From Gammaproteobacteria bacterium (GTDB taxonomy: Bacteria > Pseudomonadota > Gammaproteobacteria > CBDBNL01 > JAAOII01), in assembly GCA_965207705.1 (NCBI GenBank), contig OZ242292.1:1545309-1609308 (forward strand): DNA of 64,000 nt, given 5' to 3'. How positions within the stretch are numbered: position 1 is the stretch's first letter; each line of letters begins with the position of its first letter. Positions 17,613 through 28,355 of this stretch are shown here, in pieces. Under the pieces are notes generated by a model. It saw only the letters and a program-made list of their open reading frames with translations. It was not told where the DNA came from and did no database searches. Position numbers and translations under genes: made by a program.

Positions 17613-18547
17613 TGAGTTCTCTGCTTCCTATCCTGTCCACCATAGTTCTTAGCGGCTCGATATTTTCTTTTTTACCCGATGGTCCCAACACAGTAACTTT
17701 TTCCGAAGGCGGACTATTTTTAGCCCCTTTGGCGTCACGTTATAATAATGGCTTCTCGGTTAACTCTTATCAATCTAAGCATGATATTTTTGGCGACAAA
17801 GATCTGGTGACCTTTGATATAGCTAAAGAGTTCTCTCTCAGCAGGTGGTATTTTGGCAGGTCGCAAATAGTGGAAGTAGGCGGTGTGATTGGGATGAAAA
17901 ACTATTTTTCTTATAGGGACTTAAACCCAACTGATAATAAAAATAAGGAAGAATTATTACTCATAAATAATGATTATATTTTGGGATACAGCGTTGGCTT
18001 GTTGCTTGATTCCTTTGTGTTGCGTTTAAATTGGAATTATGAACGCAAGGAAGTTCACCGCGAATTTTTAGATTATTTACCGAAGGAACCTGGCACTGAA
18101 GGGATTGATGAGAATGCTAACAATAAAAAACTGGAAGAAATAGGAATAGAAACAGCCCGCCAAGCAAGGGCAACTCCTTTATTTGAAGGGGACTATTTAG
18201 AATTTCTATTCGGTGATATTCGTCCGTCCTTGCGCTATTACATAGCTTATGGGAACTATTTACAGAATAATCTTAACCTTGACCAAAAGTTTGCCCGTTA
18301 TGGTTTTGACTATCGCGGTGCAGCGACGGGTAATGTTATTCGCCTGATTTTTGGTGGCGAGCAACGGGCTTATGAATATAATGATTGGAGCTCAACATAT
18401 CATATTAAAGTTGGTCTGGAAAAATCTAAGTCACCAGTTACTGGCTGGCGCATTACTGCGGATTGGATTGAAGGATTTAGCGATTATAGTCCCTATCACA
18501 GTGCTAAAAGTGAGACGATGGGATTAAACTTTAACCTAATATTTTAG
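17612..18547 (+). CDS. Putative outer-membrane beta-barrel protein
   Basis: N-terminal signal-like segment, alternating amphipathic stretches, and a C-terminal ...GLNFNLIF ending in Phe (OMP C-terminal signature). Function unknown. Confidence 0.5.
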   Translation: MSSLLPILSTIVLSGSIFSFLPDGPNTVTFSEGGLFLAPLASRYNNGFSVNSYQSKHDIFGDKDLVTFDIAKEFSLSRWYFGRSQIVEVGGVIGMKNYFSYRDLNPTDNKNKEELLLINNDYILGYSVGLLLDSFVLRLNWNYERKEVHREFLDYLPKEPGTEGIDENANNKKLEEIGIETARQARATPLFEGDYLEFLFGDIRPSLRYYIAYGNYLQNNLNLDQKFARYGFDYRGAATGNVIRLIFGGEQRAYEYNDWSSTYHIKVGLEKSKSPVTGWRITADWIEGFSDYSPYHSAKSETMGLNFNLIF

Positions 18548-18573
18548 AACCTGGTATTTTAGAACCCGGTATT

Positions 18574-19161
18574 CTAAAACCTAATACCTATCCCGCCCAA
18601 TATAATGCTGCCATCACTCACATCTTCCCCATCGGTTCTTACATTGAACTCATTGCCGACAGAAAAATAAATATCATAAGAGATTGTCTCGTCGCCAAAG
18701 GTCCATCCTACTATAGCCGCAGGAGTAAGAGAGTCAACGGTGGAACGTCCCTTTTGAGCGGCATCTTTATTATCTGCTTGTGCGAAATCATCCTCCCAGT
18801 CATAATATAGTCGCCACCAATCATTACGCACCCCTAAAAAGAAACTTCCTCGGGGAGAAACATCTAAAGGACGGAAATAATGGCGCCAAGAAAAAGCTAA
18901 GCCACAACCATGCGCTTTTTCTTTTTTATGTAAGTCCGTATCTGAACGCTCAAACTCTCTACAGCCCAAATACCATTCACGCATATTTTGTGGAAGATCC
19001 CGTTCTGCATAACTAATGGCTATATTATTATCATTAGCTCCCCCTTGATACTGCAAGCCCCAATCTACCGCCTGTACACTCTGTATTTGTGCCATGAGCA
19101 ATAATATAAATATTATGTATATTCCCCTAATTAATGCTATTCCTTGTTTAAAATGACTCAT
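18574..19161 (-). CDS. Putative small outer-membrane beta-barrel protein
   Basis: Signal peptide (LLLMAQIQSVQA) and a C-terminal ...GGIGIRF ending in Phe. 195 aa. No specific family assignable. Confidence 0.5.
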   Translation of the reverse strand: MSHFKQGIALIRGIYIIFILLLMAQIQSVQAVDWGLQYQGGANDNNIAISYAERDLPQNMREWYLGCREFERSDTDLHKKEKAHGCGLAFSWRHYFRPLDVSPRGSFFLGVRNDWWRLYYDWEDDFAQADNKDAAQKGRSTVDSLTPAAIVGWTFGDETISYDIYFSVGNEFNVRTDGEDVSDGSIILGGIGIRF

Positions 19162-19183
19162 ATAGCTATTATAATTTAAAGGA

Positions 19184-19750
19184 ATGCCTATTTATTCATT
19201 ATTTTATTTATTGGCGCTCACCCTGATAACAGGATTATCGCTGGGCATTGCTGCAGCATTTTTAAGGGTGAAGAAAGATCCTACTATAGATAGAATAGAC
19301 GCCATATTACCCCAAACTCAGTGCGGACAGTGCGGATATCCTGGCTGCCGTCCTTATGCTGAAGCAATAGCCAAAGGAGACGCAATCAATAAGTGTCCGC
19401 CTGGTGGAGCTGATGTAATTCAGCAACTGGCGGATTTACTTAATCGCGATCCCTTACCACAAGATGAGAGTCATGGCGCGGAACAGCCGCCAAGTGTGGC
19501 AATTATTCGTGAGGACGAGTGCATAGGATGTACCAAATGTATTCAAGCGTGCCCCGTTGATGCTATAGTGGGGGCGGCTAAAAAAATGCATACGGTTATC
19601 CTTGATGAATGTACTGGTTGTGATTTATGCATTGACCCTTGTCCTGTAGATTGTATAGACATGGTGGAATTGACAAGTATTAATAACTTTACACCCCCTA
19701 TAAGACCCGACAAAGAATATCAGATCATTACCACAGATGCCCGGGTCTAA
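19184..19750 (+). CDS. rnfB: Electron transport complex subunit RnfB/RsxB
   Basis: N-terminal TM helix, CGQCGYPGC, and two 4Fe-4S ferredoxin motifs ([24 protein letters not shown]). Confidence 0.85.
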   Translation: MPIYSLFYLLALTLITGLSLGIAAAFLRVKKDPTIDRIDAILPQTQCGQCGYPGCRPYAEAIAKGDAINKCPPGGADVIQQLADLLNRDPLPQDESHGAEQPPSVAIIREDECIGCTKCIQACPVDAIVGAAKKMHTVILDECTGCDLCIDPCPVDCIDMVELTSINNFTPPIRPDKEYQIITTDARV

Positions 19751-21725
19751 ATTGCCCAGCTCTAAACTGCAAGGACTGACGCAGTCGGTGGTGCAAATAT
19801 TTAAGGCGCCTATAACCACCCGGCTAAAACGCGCCTTCCATGGCGGGGTTAAACCGCCAGAACATAAAGAAGAAAGCATACGTTTGCCTATAGGAGATAT
19901 TATTCCCGCTGATGAGTTCTATATTCCTATTACTAAAGCAGGAGCGCAGATGGGAAATAAAGTAGCGGTAGGTGATAGGGTCTTGGCAGGACAGTTTATT
20001 AATGAGCCAATTACGGCAGGCGAAAAGCACAGGATGGCGCCAGTATCAGGAGTCATAACGGGGACTACTAATATATTAATCAGCGGAAGAGTGCCGTATT
20101 ATTCCGAGTGTTTGGTGTTACGCAGCGATAACAAGCATGAGAGAGTTACTCCACCTGAGAATAAAAGCTATCAAGATTGCACTCGGCAGGAGCTGATTGA
20201 ACGATTGAAAAGGGCGGCAATATATGGCATGGGCGGTGGCGGATTTCCTGCTTTGCGCAAGATGGGAGCGCAGAAGATCAAGTATTTAATAGTAAATGCT
20301 GTAGAGTGTGAACCATATATAACAGTTGACCATGCTTTGCTTGACTCTTATAGCGATGAGGTTGTTGCAGCTATACCCATAGCTCATAAAATACTCGGCT
20401 GCAATCCGCAGACAATAATAGCGCTTGAAAATAACATGTCCTCTGCCATAAAGGCAATTAGTGAGGCAATTAGCGAGGCAATAAAAAATAAAGGAACGGG
20501 AGAAGCGGAAACGGAAGCGGAAGGAACGGAAAAAACCCGACTTGCCAGTCCAATAGCTCCCAATGCAAAAATCTCCAATACAGAACTTCCCAATATAAAA
20601 CTTAAGGTGCTACCAACAATTTATCCTATGGGAAGCGAGAAGCAACTTATTTTGGCATTGCTTGGCACGGAAATACCAAGCGGAAAAATAGCAGTTCAGC
20701 AAGGGATTTTATGTTTGAATGTTGCAACCTTGCGTGCTATATATCGGGCTGTGGTGCACAATGAACCTTTATTGCAAAGAATTATTACTGTGGCAGGTAA
20801 TGGAGTTCCTCAACCTCGTAATCATTGGGTGCGTTTAGGAACCTCGATTAATCAAATCTTATTGCAAACTGGAGTTAAAGATTTATCTTCGGTTAATGTG
20901 TTTATGGGCGGGGCAATGATGAACTATAAAATTGATGATTTGAATATGCCAGTTTCCTCCTCAACAAATTGCCTATTGGTGTTTAAGAAGTCACCTAATA
21001 TGCTTGCCAATAACAATGTTAATGGTGGGAGTAATGGTGGGAGTAATGGTGAGGATAATGTTGGGGATAATGGATATGAGAACGGGCACGGGCATGAAGA
21101 TGAGCAGAGGCATAAACAGGACGCGCCGCTGACGCAAAGCGCCTTATGGCGTAGTGCTGATACCCCTCTCTTTGATAAACAATGGACTCAGCATCGCGAG
21201 TGCATAAAATGTGGCTTGTGCGAGCAGGTCTGTCCAGCCCGTTTGTTGCCACAACAACTCTACCGATATATCAAAGCGGATAAGATACCGTTGGCAGTGG
21301 ATGAGGGATTATTTGCTTGTATTGAATGCGCTGCTTGCGATTATGTATGCCCCAGCAATATACCTTTGAGTGATTATTATATATTTGCTAAGGAGTCAAG
21401 TAAAACCGAACAACTCAATAAATATAAAGCGGATAGAGCAAGGAATAGGTTTAATGACCACAAGCTAAGATTGGATAAACAAAAAGAGGAACTTGCGGCA
21501 AGAAGGGCAGAGCGAATTGCCAAGATGAAAAAGACAAATGATAATTCCCCAGCAGAGGATATTTCTGTTAAGCAACGCAAGATTGCCAGCTTAAAAATAC
21601 AAATCAGTAAGACGTTGCAGGCAATAGATAAATGGCAGGCAACAGGTGAAGATAGCCGTGCCGCAACTTTGCAGAATACCCGTGATAAATTACAGCAAGA
21701 ATTAAATAACCTAACGTCCAAATAA
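19737..21725 (+). CDS. rnfC: Electron transport complex subunit RnfC/RsxC with a G/N-rich insertion and a long charged C-terminal extension
   Basis: [15 protein letters not shown]-terminus, [12 protein letters not shown]-binding motif, and [12 protein letters not shown] / [12 protein letters not shown] clusters. Confidence 0.85.
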   Translation: MPGSKLPSSKLQGLTQSVVQIFKAPITTRLKRAFHGGVKPPEHKEESIRLPIGDIIPADEFYIPITKAGAQMGNKVAVGDRVLAGQFINEPITAGEKHRMAPVSGVITGTTNILISGRVPYYSECLVLRSDNKHERVTPPENKSYQDCTRQELIERLKRAAIYGMGGGGFPALRKMGAQKIKYLIVNAVECEPYITVDHALLDSYSDEVVAAIPIAHKILGCNPQTIIALENNMSSAIKAISEAISEAIKNKGTGEAETEAEGTEKTRLASPIAPNAKISNTELPNIKLKVLPTIYPMGSEKQLILALLGTEIPSGKIAVQQGILCLNVATLRAIYRAVVHNEPLLQRIITVAGNGVPQPRNHWVRLGTSINQILLQTGVKDLSSVNVFMGGAMMNYKIDDLNMPVSSSTNCLLVFKKSPNMLANNNVNGGSNGGSNGEDNVGDNGYENGHGHEDEQRHKQDAPLTQSALWRSADTPLFDKQWTQHRECIKCGLCEQVCPARLLPQQLYRYIKADKIPLAVDEGLFACIECAACDYVCPSNIPLSDYYIFAKESSKTEQLNKYKADRARNRFNDHKLRLDKQKEELAARRAERIAKMKKTNDNSPAEDISVKQRKIASLKIQISKTLQAIDKWQATGEDSRAATLQNTRDKLQQELNNLTSK

Positions 21726-21746
21726 CATCCAAGTAACATCCGAATA

Positions 21747-22493
21747 ATGTCTGAATTAAAAGAAAATAAATATGCTCTGGTTATCCTAACCGGGGCGGGG
21801 GTATCCGCTGAGTCCGGTATAAAAACTTTTCGCGCCTCGGATGGACTGTGGGAAAATCATCCTGTAGATGAGGTGGCAACCCCAGAGGGCTTTGCCCGCA
21901 ACCCCGACCTGGTGCATAAATTTTATAATACCAGGCGTCAAGACCTAGGCAAGGTACAACCCAATGCGGCTCATATTGCTTTGGGCGACTTAGAAAAAAA
22001 ACTACAAGACAAGTTATTTTTAGTAACCCAAAATATAGACGACTTACATGAACGTGGCGGGGCTAACCAAGTTGCCCACATGCATGGTGAACTATACAAA
22101 ATATTCTGCTCCAGTTGCGGGGCAAAGTTTGAACGTAAGAAAGATTTATCCAAAGAAGAAGGATGCCCTGCTTGCTCCATGATTGGTAGTTTAAGACCAG
22201 ACATAGTGTGGTTTGGCGAGATGCCTTATAGGATGGAAGAGATTAATGACGCATTAAGCAATTGCGATGTGTTTGTGGCGATAGGAACCTCTGGCAATGT
22301 TTTCCCAGCAGCAGGGTTTGTCCTACAAGCACGCATGGCGGGAGCATTGTGTTGCGAGATAAACCTTGAACCATCTATGGTGCAGCAGTATTTTGACCAT
22401 GGTTACTATGGTCGGGCTACTGAACAGGTGGAATTGTTTATTAAAGATTTGACAAAGGGAAAACTTCGCAAATCTACAGAGGTGGAGGCATAA
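21747..22493 (+). CDS. cobB: NAD-dependent protein deacylase (sirtuin)
   Basis: LTGAGVSAESGIKTFR, the Zn-binding CSSC...CPAC motif, and GTSGNVFPAA. Confidence 0.85.
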   Translation: MSELKENKYALVILTGAGVSAESGIKTFRASDGLWENHPVDEVATPEGFARNPDLVHKFYNTRRQDLGKVQPNAAHIALGDLEKKLQDKLFLVTQNIDDLHERGGANQVAHMHGELYKIFCSSCGAKFERKKDLSKEEGCPACSMIGSLRPDIVWFGEMPYRMEEINDALSNCDVFVAIGTSGNVFPAAGFVLQARMAGALCCEINLEPSMVQQYFDHGYYGRATEQVELFIKDLTKGKLRKSTEVEA

Positions 22494-22518
22494 ATTTCCT
22501 GTAAAATAAACAAATAAT

Positions 22519-22602
22519 GCCGAGGTGGTGAAATTGGTAGACACGCTAGATTCAGGATCTAGTGGGAGCAATCCCGTGGAGGTTCGAGTCCTCTCTTCGG
22601 CA
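22519..22602 (+). tRNA. tRNA-Leu (anticodon CAG), class II with a long variable arm. No CCA is encoded.
   Basis: Hand-folded: 7-bp acceptor stem GCCGAGG/CTTCGGC (one G-U pair), anticodon loop TTCAGGA, T-arm GAGGTTCGAGTCCTC, long variable arm. Confidence 0.85.
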
Positions 22603-22622
22603 TCATAAATTAAATTATTATT

Positions 22623-23846
22623 ATGAAAGAAATAAATTTACGAAAAAAATCATTAGCTTATCATTCACGTGAGCCAGCAGGTAAGGTTGCTATTAAGATA
22701 ACCAAACCAGCAAGAACACCTGGAGATTTAACTCTGGCTTATAGTCCAGGAGTTGCCGAGCCAGTGCTGAGAATAGCCGAAGAACCGCTTAGCGTATATG
22801 ACTATACCGCTAAATCCAATTTGGTGGGGATAATATCCAATGGTTCAGCAATACTAGGGCTGGGTAACTTGGGAGCTATGGCTAGTAAACCAGTTATGGA
22901 AGGGAAGGCAGTGTTGTTTAAGAGATTTGCCAACATAGATGCTTTTGATTTGGAGGTGGATGAAAAGGACCCTAAGAAATTTGTTGAAATTGTCAGGGCT
23001 TTGGCGCCTACTTTCGGCGGAATTAATTTAGAAGACATAAAGGCGCCCGATTGTTTTTACATTGAAAAAGAATTGCAAAAGACGTGTGATATTCCAGTGT
23101 TTCATGATGACCAGCATGGAACTGCCATAGTTACTCTGGCAGCGATGATTAATGCGGTGGAATTGCAGAAAAAGGAATGGAAAGACCTTAAGATTGTGTG
23201 CATAGGAGCTGGAGCTGCTGCTTTAGCCACCTTAGAACTTTTGCAGGGCATGGGCATAAGCGTTGATAATTTAAGGTTGATAGATAGCCAAGGCGTAGTA
23301 TACAAAGGCAGAGCTAATAATGGAGCGCTAAAGGCAAGGTTTGCCGCCGCTACCAAAGACCGTGTCCTTGCAGACGCCTGTCAGGATGCCGATGTTATTC
23401 TGGGATTTTCCAAAGGGAACCTGTTAACCGCGGATAATATAAAAGTAATGGCGTCTAACCCTATAATCTTTGCCTGCGCCAACCCCGACCCAGAGATAAA
23501 ACCCGAGTTAGTGAAGGCAACGCGCAAGGATGCAATTATGGCTACGGGACGCTCGGATTATCCTAATCAAGTAAACAATGTGCTGGCTTTTCCTTACATC
23601 TTTTATGGGGCACTTAAAACCCGCTCTTCTGCAATAAACATGGAAATGAAACTTGCCTGCGCCCGCGCCGTGAGCTCTTTGGCGCGCAAAGAAGTTCCGC
23701 TTTCTATTCAGAAGTTATACAAGAAGGAGAAATTAAAGTTTGGCAAGGAGTATATCCTGCCTAAGCCAATGGATCCCCGTTTATTAGAGGTTGCAGGAAA
23801 TGCAGTTGCCAAAGTGGCAATCGCTACTAAAGTTGCCAGATTATAA
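22623..23846 (+). CDS. NAD(P)-dependent malic enzyme (short form with no PTA domain)
   Basis: Malic enzyme motifs (FNDDQHGTA-like VFHDDQHGTA, GAGAAALA NAD-binding, ACANP). 407 aa. Confidence 0.8.
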   Translation: MKEINLRKKSLAYHSREPAGKVAIKITKPARTPGDLTLAYSPGVAEPVLRIAEEPLSVYDYTAKSNLVGIISNGSAILGLGNLGAMASKPVMEGKAVLFKRFANIDAFDLEVDEKDPKKFVEIVRALAPTFGGINLEDIKAPDCFYIEKELQKTCDIPVFHDDQHGTAIVTLAAMINAVELQKKEWKDLKIVCIGAGAAALATLELLQGMGISVDNLRLIDSQGVVYKGRANNGALKARFAAATKDRVLADACQDADVILGFSKGNLLTADNIKVMASNPIIFACANPDPEIKPELVKATRKDAIMATGRSDYPNQVNNVLAFPYIFYGALKTRSSAINMEMKLACARAVSSLARKEVPLSIQKLYKKEKLKFGKEYILPKPMDPRLLEVAGNAVAKVAIATKVARL

Positions 23847-23878
23847 AATCTATAATATATTCATATAATACTCATACA

Positions 23879-26458
23879 ATGAAACTTTATAAATCATTTT
23901 TTTACTTCACTCTGTGGGGAGGGTTATTAATAGCCCTATTTGTTAGTATTTTATATTTACGCTTGCCCAACATAAACGAGCTGCGCGAGGTTAAGTATCA
24001 GGAACCTCTGAGGATTTTTACGGTAGACGGCGCGCTTATATCTCAAATAGGGAATATCAAAAGAACTCCTGTTGCTTATGAAGAAACACCCACAGACCTC
24101 ATCAATGCATTAATTTCCGCTGAGGACTCTAGATTTTTTCAGCATATTGGCTTGGATCCACGCGGACTTGCTCGGGCAGTTTTTCAGCTAATTACTCGCA
24201 GCTCTACTCAAACTGGCGGCAGTACTATTACCATGCAAGTAGCGCGTAACTATTATCTAACTCGCGATCGCACCATAATGCGTAAATTGAATGAGATTCT
24301 ATTGGCAATTAAAATGGAGCGAGTTCTTAGCAAAAAGGATATTATGTCGTTATATGTCAACACAATATTTTTAGGGTACAAGTCCTTTGGTATGGCAGCT
24401 GCGGCAAAAACCTATTACAACTTAGATTTAGATGAACTGAGCTTGGCTCAATATGCGATGTTAGCTGCCTTACCCAAAGCCCCATCCAAGTTAAATCCAG
24501 TTAGCAATCCTAAACGTGCCCAAGAAAGACGCGACTGGATACTTATGCGCATGGCAAAATTAGGATATATCTCAAGAGGACAGTATCTAAGCGCCGTAGA
24601 AGAAGAAATAAGTAGCAAGCCCTACGACTATGCCACCGAAGTAGAGGGCTTATATGTATCTGAAACCGCGCGCCTTGCCATTTTGGATGACCCTGATAAA
24701 TATGGAGTAAACTCTGATGAAATGCTCACCGCCGGCTATAAGGTATATACCTCAGTTGACAAAGAACTTCAGCAATACGCTAACGAAGCAGTTAGGTCTG
24801 GGCTATTGGCTTATGATAAAAGACATGGATGGCGTGGCGCTGAGAGAGTATTTGAAGATTTGGTTGAAACGGAAGATTTTTTTGAGGAAAACCCAGTTTT
24901 TGTTGAATCCCTAAAAGAGCTGGAAACCATATCAAGCTATGATAATTCTTTGGAACCTGTCATAGTTAAGCAAGTAGGTGAACAGAGTATTATTGTTATT
25001 TTATCTTCGTCTGATGAGATAAATATTAGCTGGGCTGGATTATCCTGGGCGGCTCCTTATATATCAGATGAAGAAACAGGTGAGCCACCAGAACTGGCAA
25101 GTGATATAGTGGCTGTTGGAGACATGGTGCGTATTTCTGCCAATGAGGAAGAGGAAGGTTTTCGCATTTCTCAAATACCTCGCGCAGAAGGAGCGCTACT
25201 GGCGGTTAATCCAAATAACGGAATGATTGCCGCTATGGTGGGTGGCTATCATTTCCAGCTGACTAAGTATAATCGCGCAGTGCAAGCTCGTCGTCAAATA
25301 GGTTCGGCTATTAAGCCATTCTTATATGCTACAGCTTTATCGCTTGGGTATAACGGAGCAGATATATTTAATGACGCGCCTTTAGTATCTGGGGCAAGCG
25401 GAAACTTTGTGTGGCGTCCCACCAATGCCGGTAGCCGTTTTCTTGGTTACATTCCCTTGCGTGAGGGGCTATATCGTTCACGTAATCTGATTAGCGTTAG
25501 GTTATTAAGAGAGTTGGGGGTGAATCGTACTCGCTCTTTTATGACAAAACTTGGCTTGCCAGAAAAACACCTGCCTAATGATTTGTCTCTATCTTTAGGA
25601 AGCGCCGAGCTTACTTTGTTGGAAGTTACAAGGGCTTACGGCATTTTAGCTAATGGGGGATACTTAGTAGAACCTAATTTTATAGACCGCATAGAAAGCG
25701 CTGATGGTAAAATCCTGTATCAACATGCTACTATTCAAACTCCAAAGCAAGAAAAATTACCCGAAGAATGCGTAATATGTCAAAATAAAGAATTACAGGA
25801 GATTTTATCTGAAGAAGAACTTGCGTTGTTTGGGTGTGACAGGTGTACTTATAAAGTAGCAGATAAATTTAGCGAAGGCGGCTATGACAAAGATAAAATA
25901 ACCAGAGTTCTGAGTCCGCAAGAATATTATCAAATTAATTCCATACTGCGAGATGTAGTGCAGCTTGGAACTGCAATTAGGGCAAAGGACTTAGGGCGGC
26001 TTGATTTAGCGGGGAAAACTGGAACTACTCAAGATTTTATAGATGCTTGGTTTGTGGGCTATAACCCAGATTTAGTTGCGGTAAGTTGGGTTGGTTTTGA
26101 TACCCCCTCATCCCTTGGTCCTATAGAATATGGCAGTATTGCGGCTCTTCCTATATGGAAAAGTTTTATGAAAAATGCCCTTAAGGATGTTCCCGAGAAA
26201 CATTTTGCCGTCCCTGAAGGACTTGTTACCACTGAAATATCTATCAGCAGTGAAGGGACGACGAGAGAGTTTACCGAATATATTAATATTGAACATATTA
26301 ATGAATATGTTGAGCGAATTAAAAAGAGCGCGGTCTTTGTTGATTATTATTACAATTTTTTAGATACCGAGGATTTGGAGATAAATCCAGATATCAGCAC
26401 GGAAAGTAATATAACCCGTAATAGCGAACAAAGGCAAGAAGTCCAAAAACTATTCTAA
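23879..26458 (+). CDS. mrcA: Penicillin-binding protein 1A (bifunctional transglycosylase/transpeptidase)
   Basis: GT51 motifs (EDSRFFQHIG, GGSTITMQ, RKLNE) and transpeptidase motifs (SAIKP, SRN, KTGTT). Confidence 0.85.
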   Translation: MKLYKSFFYFTLWGGLLIALFVSILYLRLPNINELREVKYQEPLRIFTVDGALISQIGNIKRTPVAYEETPTDLINALISAEDSRFFQHIGLDPRGLARAVFQLITRSSTQTGGSTITMQVARNYYLTRDRTIMRKLNEILLAIKMERVLSKKDIMSLYVNTIFLGYKSFGMAAAAKTYYNLDLDELSLAQYAMLAALPKAPSKLNPVSNPKRAQERRDWILMRMAKLGYISRGQYLSAVEEEISSKPYDYATEVEGLYVSETARLAILDDPDKYGVNSDEMLTAGYKVYTSVDKELQQYANEAVRSGLLAYDKRHGWRGAERVFEDLVETEDFFEENPVFVESLKELETISSYDNSLEPVIVKQVGEQSIIVILSSSDEINISWAGLSWAAPYISDEETGEPPELASDIVAVGDMVRISANEEEEGFRISQIPRAEGALLAVNPNNGMIAAMVGGYHFQLTKYNRAVQARRQIGSAIKPFLYATALSLGYNGADIFNDAPLVSGASGNFVWRPTNAGSRFLGYIPLREGLYRSRNLISVRLLRELGVNRTRSFMTKLGLPEKHLPNDLSLSLGSAELTLLEVTRAYGILANGGYLVEPNFIDRIESADGKILYQHATIQTPKQEKLPEECVICQNKELQEILSEEELALFGCDRCTYKVADKFSEGGYDKDKITRVLSPQEYYQINSILRDVVQLGTAIRAKDLGRLDLAGKTGTTQDFIDAWFVGYNPDLVAVSWVGFDTPSSLGPIEYGSIAALPIWKSFMKNALKDVPEKHFAVPEGLVTTEISISSEGTTREFTEYINIEHINEYVERIKKSAVFVDYYYNFLDTEDLEINPDISTESNITRNSEQRQEVQKLF

Positions 26459-26684
26459 CCAGCGGGCAGTCCTGCGCACTTTGTGTCTGCCTGAGCCAGT
26501 TCCTATACCCCTCATATATAAGCCCTTTTATGGGCTCTTCTATGAGTTATTCCCGTTAAACCTCGTGTTTATTGGCTTTAATCCAAATTTTAATCTAAGC
26601 TTTTCTGTTTTGCACTTGGATTTTTATGCCTTTTTTCAAAAAGATAGAAAATTAATAAAAACTAGTGTTTTTTATTAATATTAC

Positions 26685-26712
26685 TTGACAAATTATTTTG
26701 TTAGCGTATAAT
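26685..26712 (+). promoter_or_regulatory. Consensus sigma70-type promoter (TTGACA, 16-bp spacer, TATAAT)
   Basis: Perfect -35 and -10 hexamers read directly from the sequence. The predicted transcription start is about 26719. Confidence 0.45.
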
Positions 26713-26734
26713 TGAAACCAACATAGCCTCCGCT

Positions 26735-26768
26735 GCGGGGGGATCTTTCAGATCCCCCCCTTTTTTTT
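26735..26768 (+). terminator. Strong rho-independent terminator
   Basis: GGGGGGATC-TTTCA-GATCCCCCCC 9-bp GC-rich stem followed by T8. Confidence 0.75.
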
Positions 26769-26833
26769 CCTCCCCCCCTATATTATTAATCCCCCCTACA
26801 TTAGTATCCCCAAGCTTATCTTAATTTGGTGTC

Positions 26834-27175
26834 CTAATTAAAAAATGGAATGTATTGTAGTGTTGTAAGTCCCGCGCCCATCAAAATTAAATATACCAAT
26901 AGGTACTTCTTATGGATTATGTATGCCGCAACACATAATAAAGATAAAGAAATTCTCCACAACAGAGGAACTTCTCCCAAATCATTATTTGGCAAGACAA
27001 TCAACTTTACCACCAGAGCTCCAACTAAGGCATAACTTATATAGTTAGCGTAAGTAAAAACAGGACTGCTCTCATCAAGTTTACGGCTACTGATTAATCC
27101 CAATATCCTGGTGCTGAAGGTAACCAACGTGGCTACTCCGATTACTGCATAAATAAAAATATCTTCTTGACTCAT
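26834..27175 (-). CDS. Small polytopic membrane protein, AzlD-like (tentative)
   Basis: 113 aa with three to four hydrophobic helices, and the size and composition of the AzlD/branched-chain amino-acid exporter small subunit. Confidence 0.4.
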   Translation of the reverse strand: MSQEDIFIYAVIGVATLVTFSTRILGLISSRKLDESSPVFTYANYISYALVGALVVKLIVLPNNDLGEVPLLWRISLSLLCVAAYIIHKKYLLVYLILMGAGLTTLQYIPFFN

Positions 27176-27254
27176 TATGCCTCATATTATATGAGGGATA
27201 GAAACACCGGACATATTCGCAACCAGCGGGAATTGGTATATAATTCCTTTATAT

Positions 27255-28322
27255 ATGCTTGATGTCGCACAACCATTAATAAAGCCCCTGAAGGTAACCG
27301 TCATAGGTGGCGGCAGTTTTGGTACAGTTCTTGCCAACATAAGCGCTACGCGCGGCAACAAGACATTCTTATGGCTAAGAGATGAAAAGCAAGCGCAACA
27401 AATAAACAAAACCCACCGCAACCAGAAATATATCCCACAGCTGGTTTTGCACCGCGACCTACACGCTACCACTAATTTACAAGAAGCAGCTACAAACTCA
27501 CAGCTTCTCATAATAGCAGTGCCAAGTAAGTCATTTGCTGAGGTGCTACAAAACATAAGCCCTCATATTAATCAACAATTCATCGTAACTGCCACCAAAG
27601 GCATAGCCAGGGATAGTTTCCAATTGATGAGTCAGTTGTTAGAGAAGGTAATTAAGGATAAAGGACTTAACCCAGAACAGCATATAGGAGTGCTCAGCGG
27701 TCCTAATATTGCCAACGAAATAGCGAATAAACATCTTACTGGCAGTGTTATAGCAACCCATAATCATCTACTAAGCGCAATGGTGCGCCAAGCTATAAGC
27801 ACCAAGTACTTACATATTTTTGAAAATGATGATGTGTATGGCGTTGAGCTTGCAGGCGCTTTAAAAAATATCTATGCCATAGCTGCTGGCATTTCGGACT
27901 CTCTTGGTTTTGGTATAAACACTAAAAGCGTCCTAATCACCAGAAGCGCCGCAGAGATGGCGCGCTTTGCGGTACGGATGAATGCCAATCACTTAACCTT
28001 TCTTGGTCTTGCAGGGATAGGAGATTTAATAACTACCTGCTTCTCGCCACAAAGCCGCAATTATCGTTTGGGTAATGCTTTGATAGGAGGCAAATCAATT
28101 GATGAAATATGCAATAATCTTGGAGGAGTGGCGGAGGGTATTCACACAACCAAGATGGCTCATCAGCAAGCAATTAAGATGGGAGTAAATATGCCTTTGC
28201 TTGAAGGTGTTTACAGAATTATTTTTAATGGCGAAAGAGTAAAACATGTTTTATGGCGTGTCCTGCGCAATACACCGCGTGAGGATGTGGAGTACTTGAC
28301 TACTTATCAACATAATAAATAA
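27255..28322 (+). CDS. gpsA: Glycerol-3-phosphate dehydrogenase [NAD(P)+]
   Basis: VIGGGSFGT Rossmann motif and collinearity with GpsA across the whole length. Confidence 0.85.
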   Translation: MLDVAQPLIKPLKVTVIGGGSFGTVLANISATRGNKTFLWLRDEKQAQQINKTHRNQKYIPQLVLHRDLHATTNLQEAATNSQLLIIAVPSKSFAEVLQNISPHINQQFIVTATKGIARDSFQLMSQLLEKVIKDKGLNPEQHIGVLSGPNIANEIANKHLTGSVIATHNHLLSAMVRQAISTKYLHIFENDDVYGVELAGALKNIYAIAAGISDSLGFGINTKSVLITRSAAEMARFAVRMNANHLTFLGLAGIGDLITTCFSPQSRNYRLGNALIGGKSIDEICNNLGGVAEGIHTTKMAHQQAIKMGVNMPLLEGVYRIIFNGERVKHVLWRVLRNTPREDVEYLTTYQHNK

Positions 28323-28355
28323 TCCCGATGCATCAGAATATTATGCATCGCCAAG

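Noticed and set aside
26481-26678. 65-aa ORF downstream of mrcA
   Set aside because: No RBS and an F/L-rich low-complexity translation. The region is better explained as the upstream sequence of the promoter and terminator pair.
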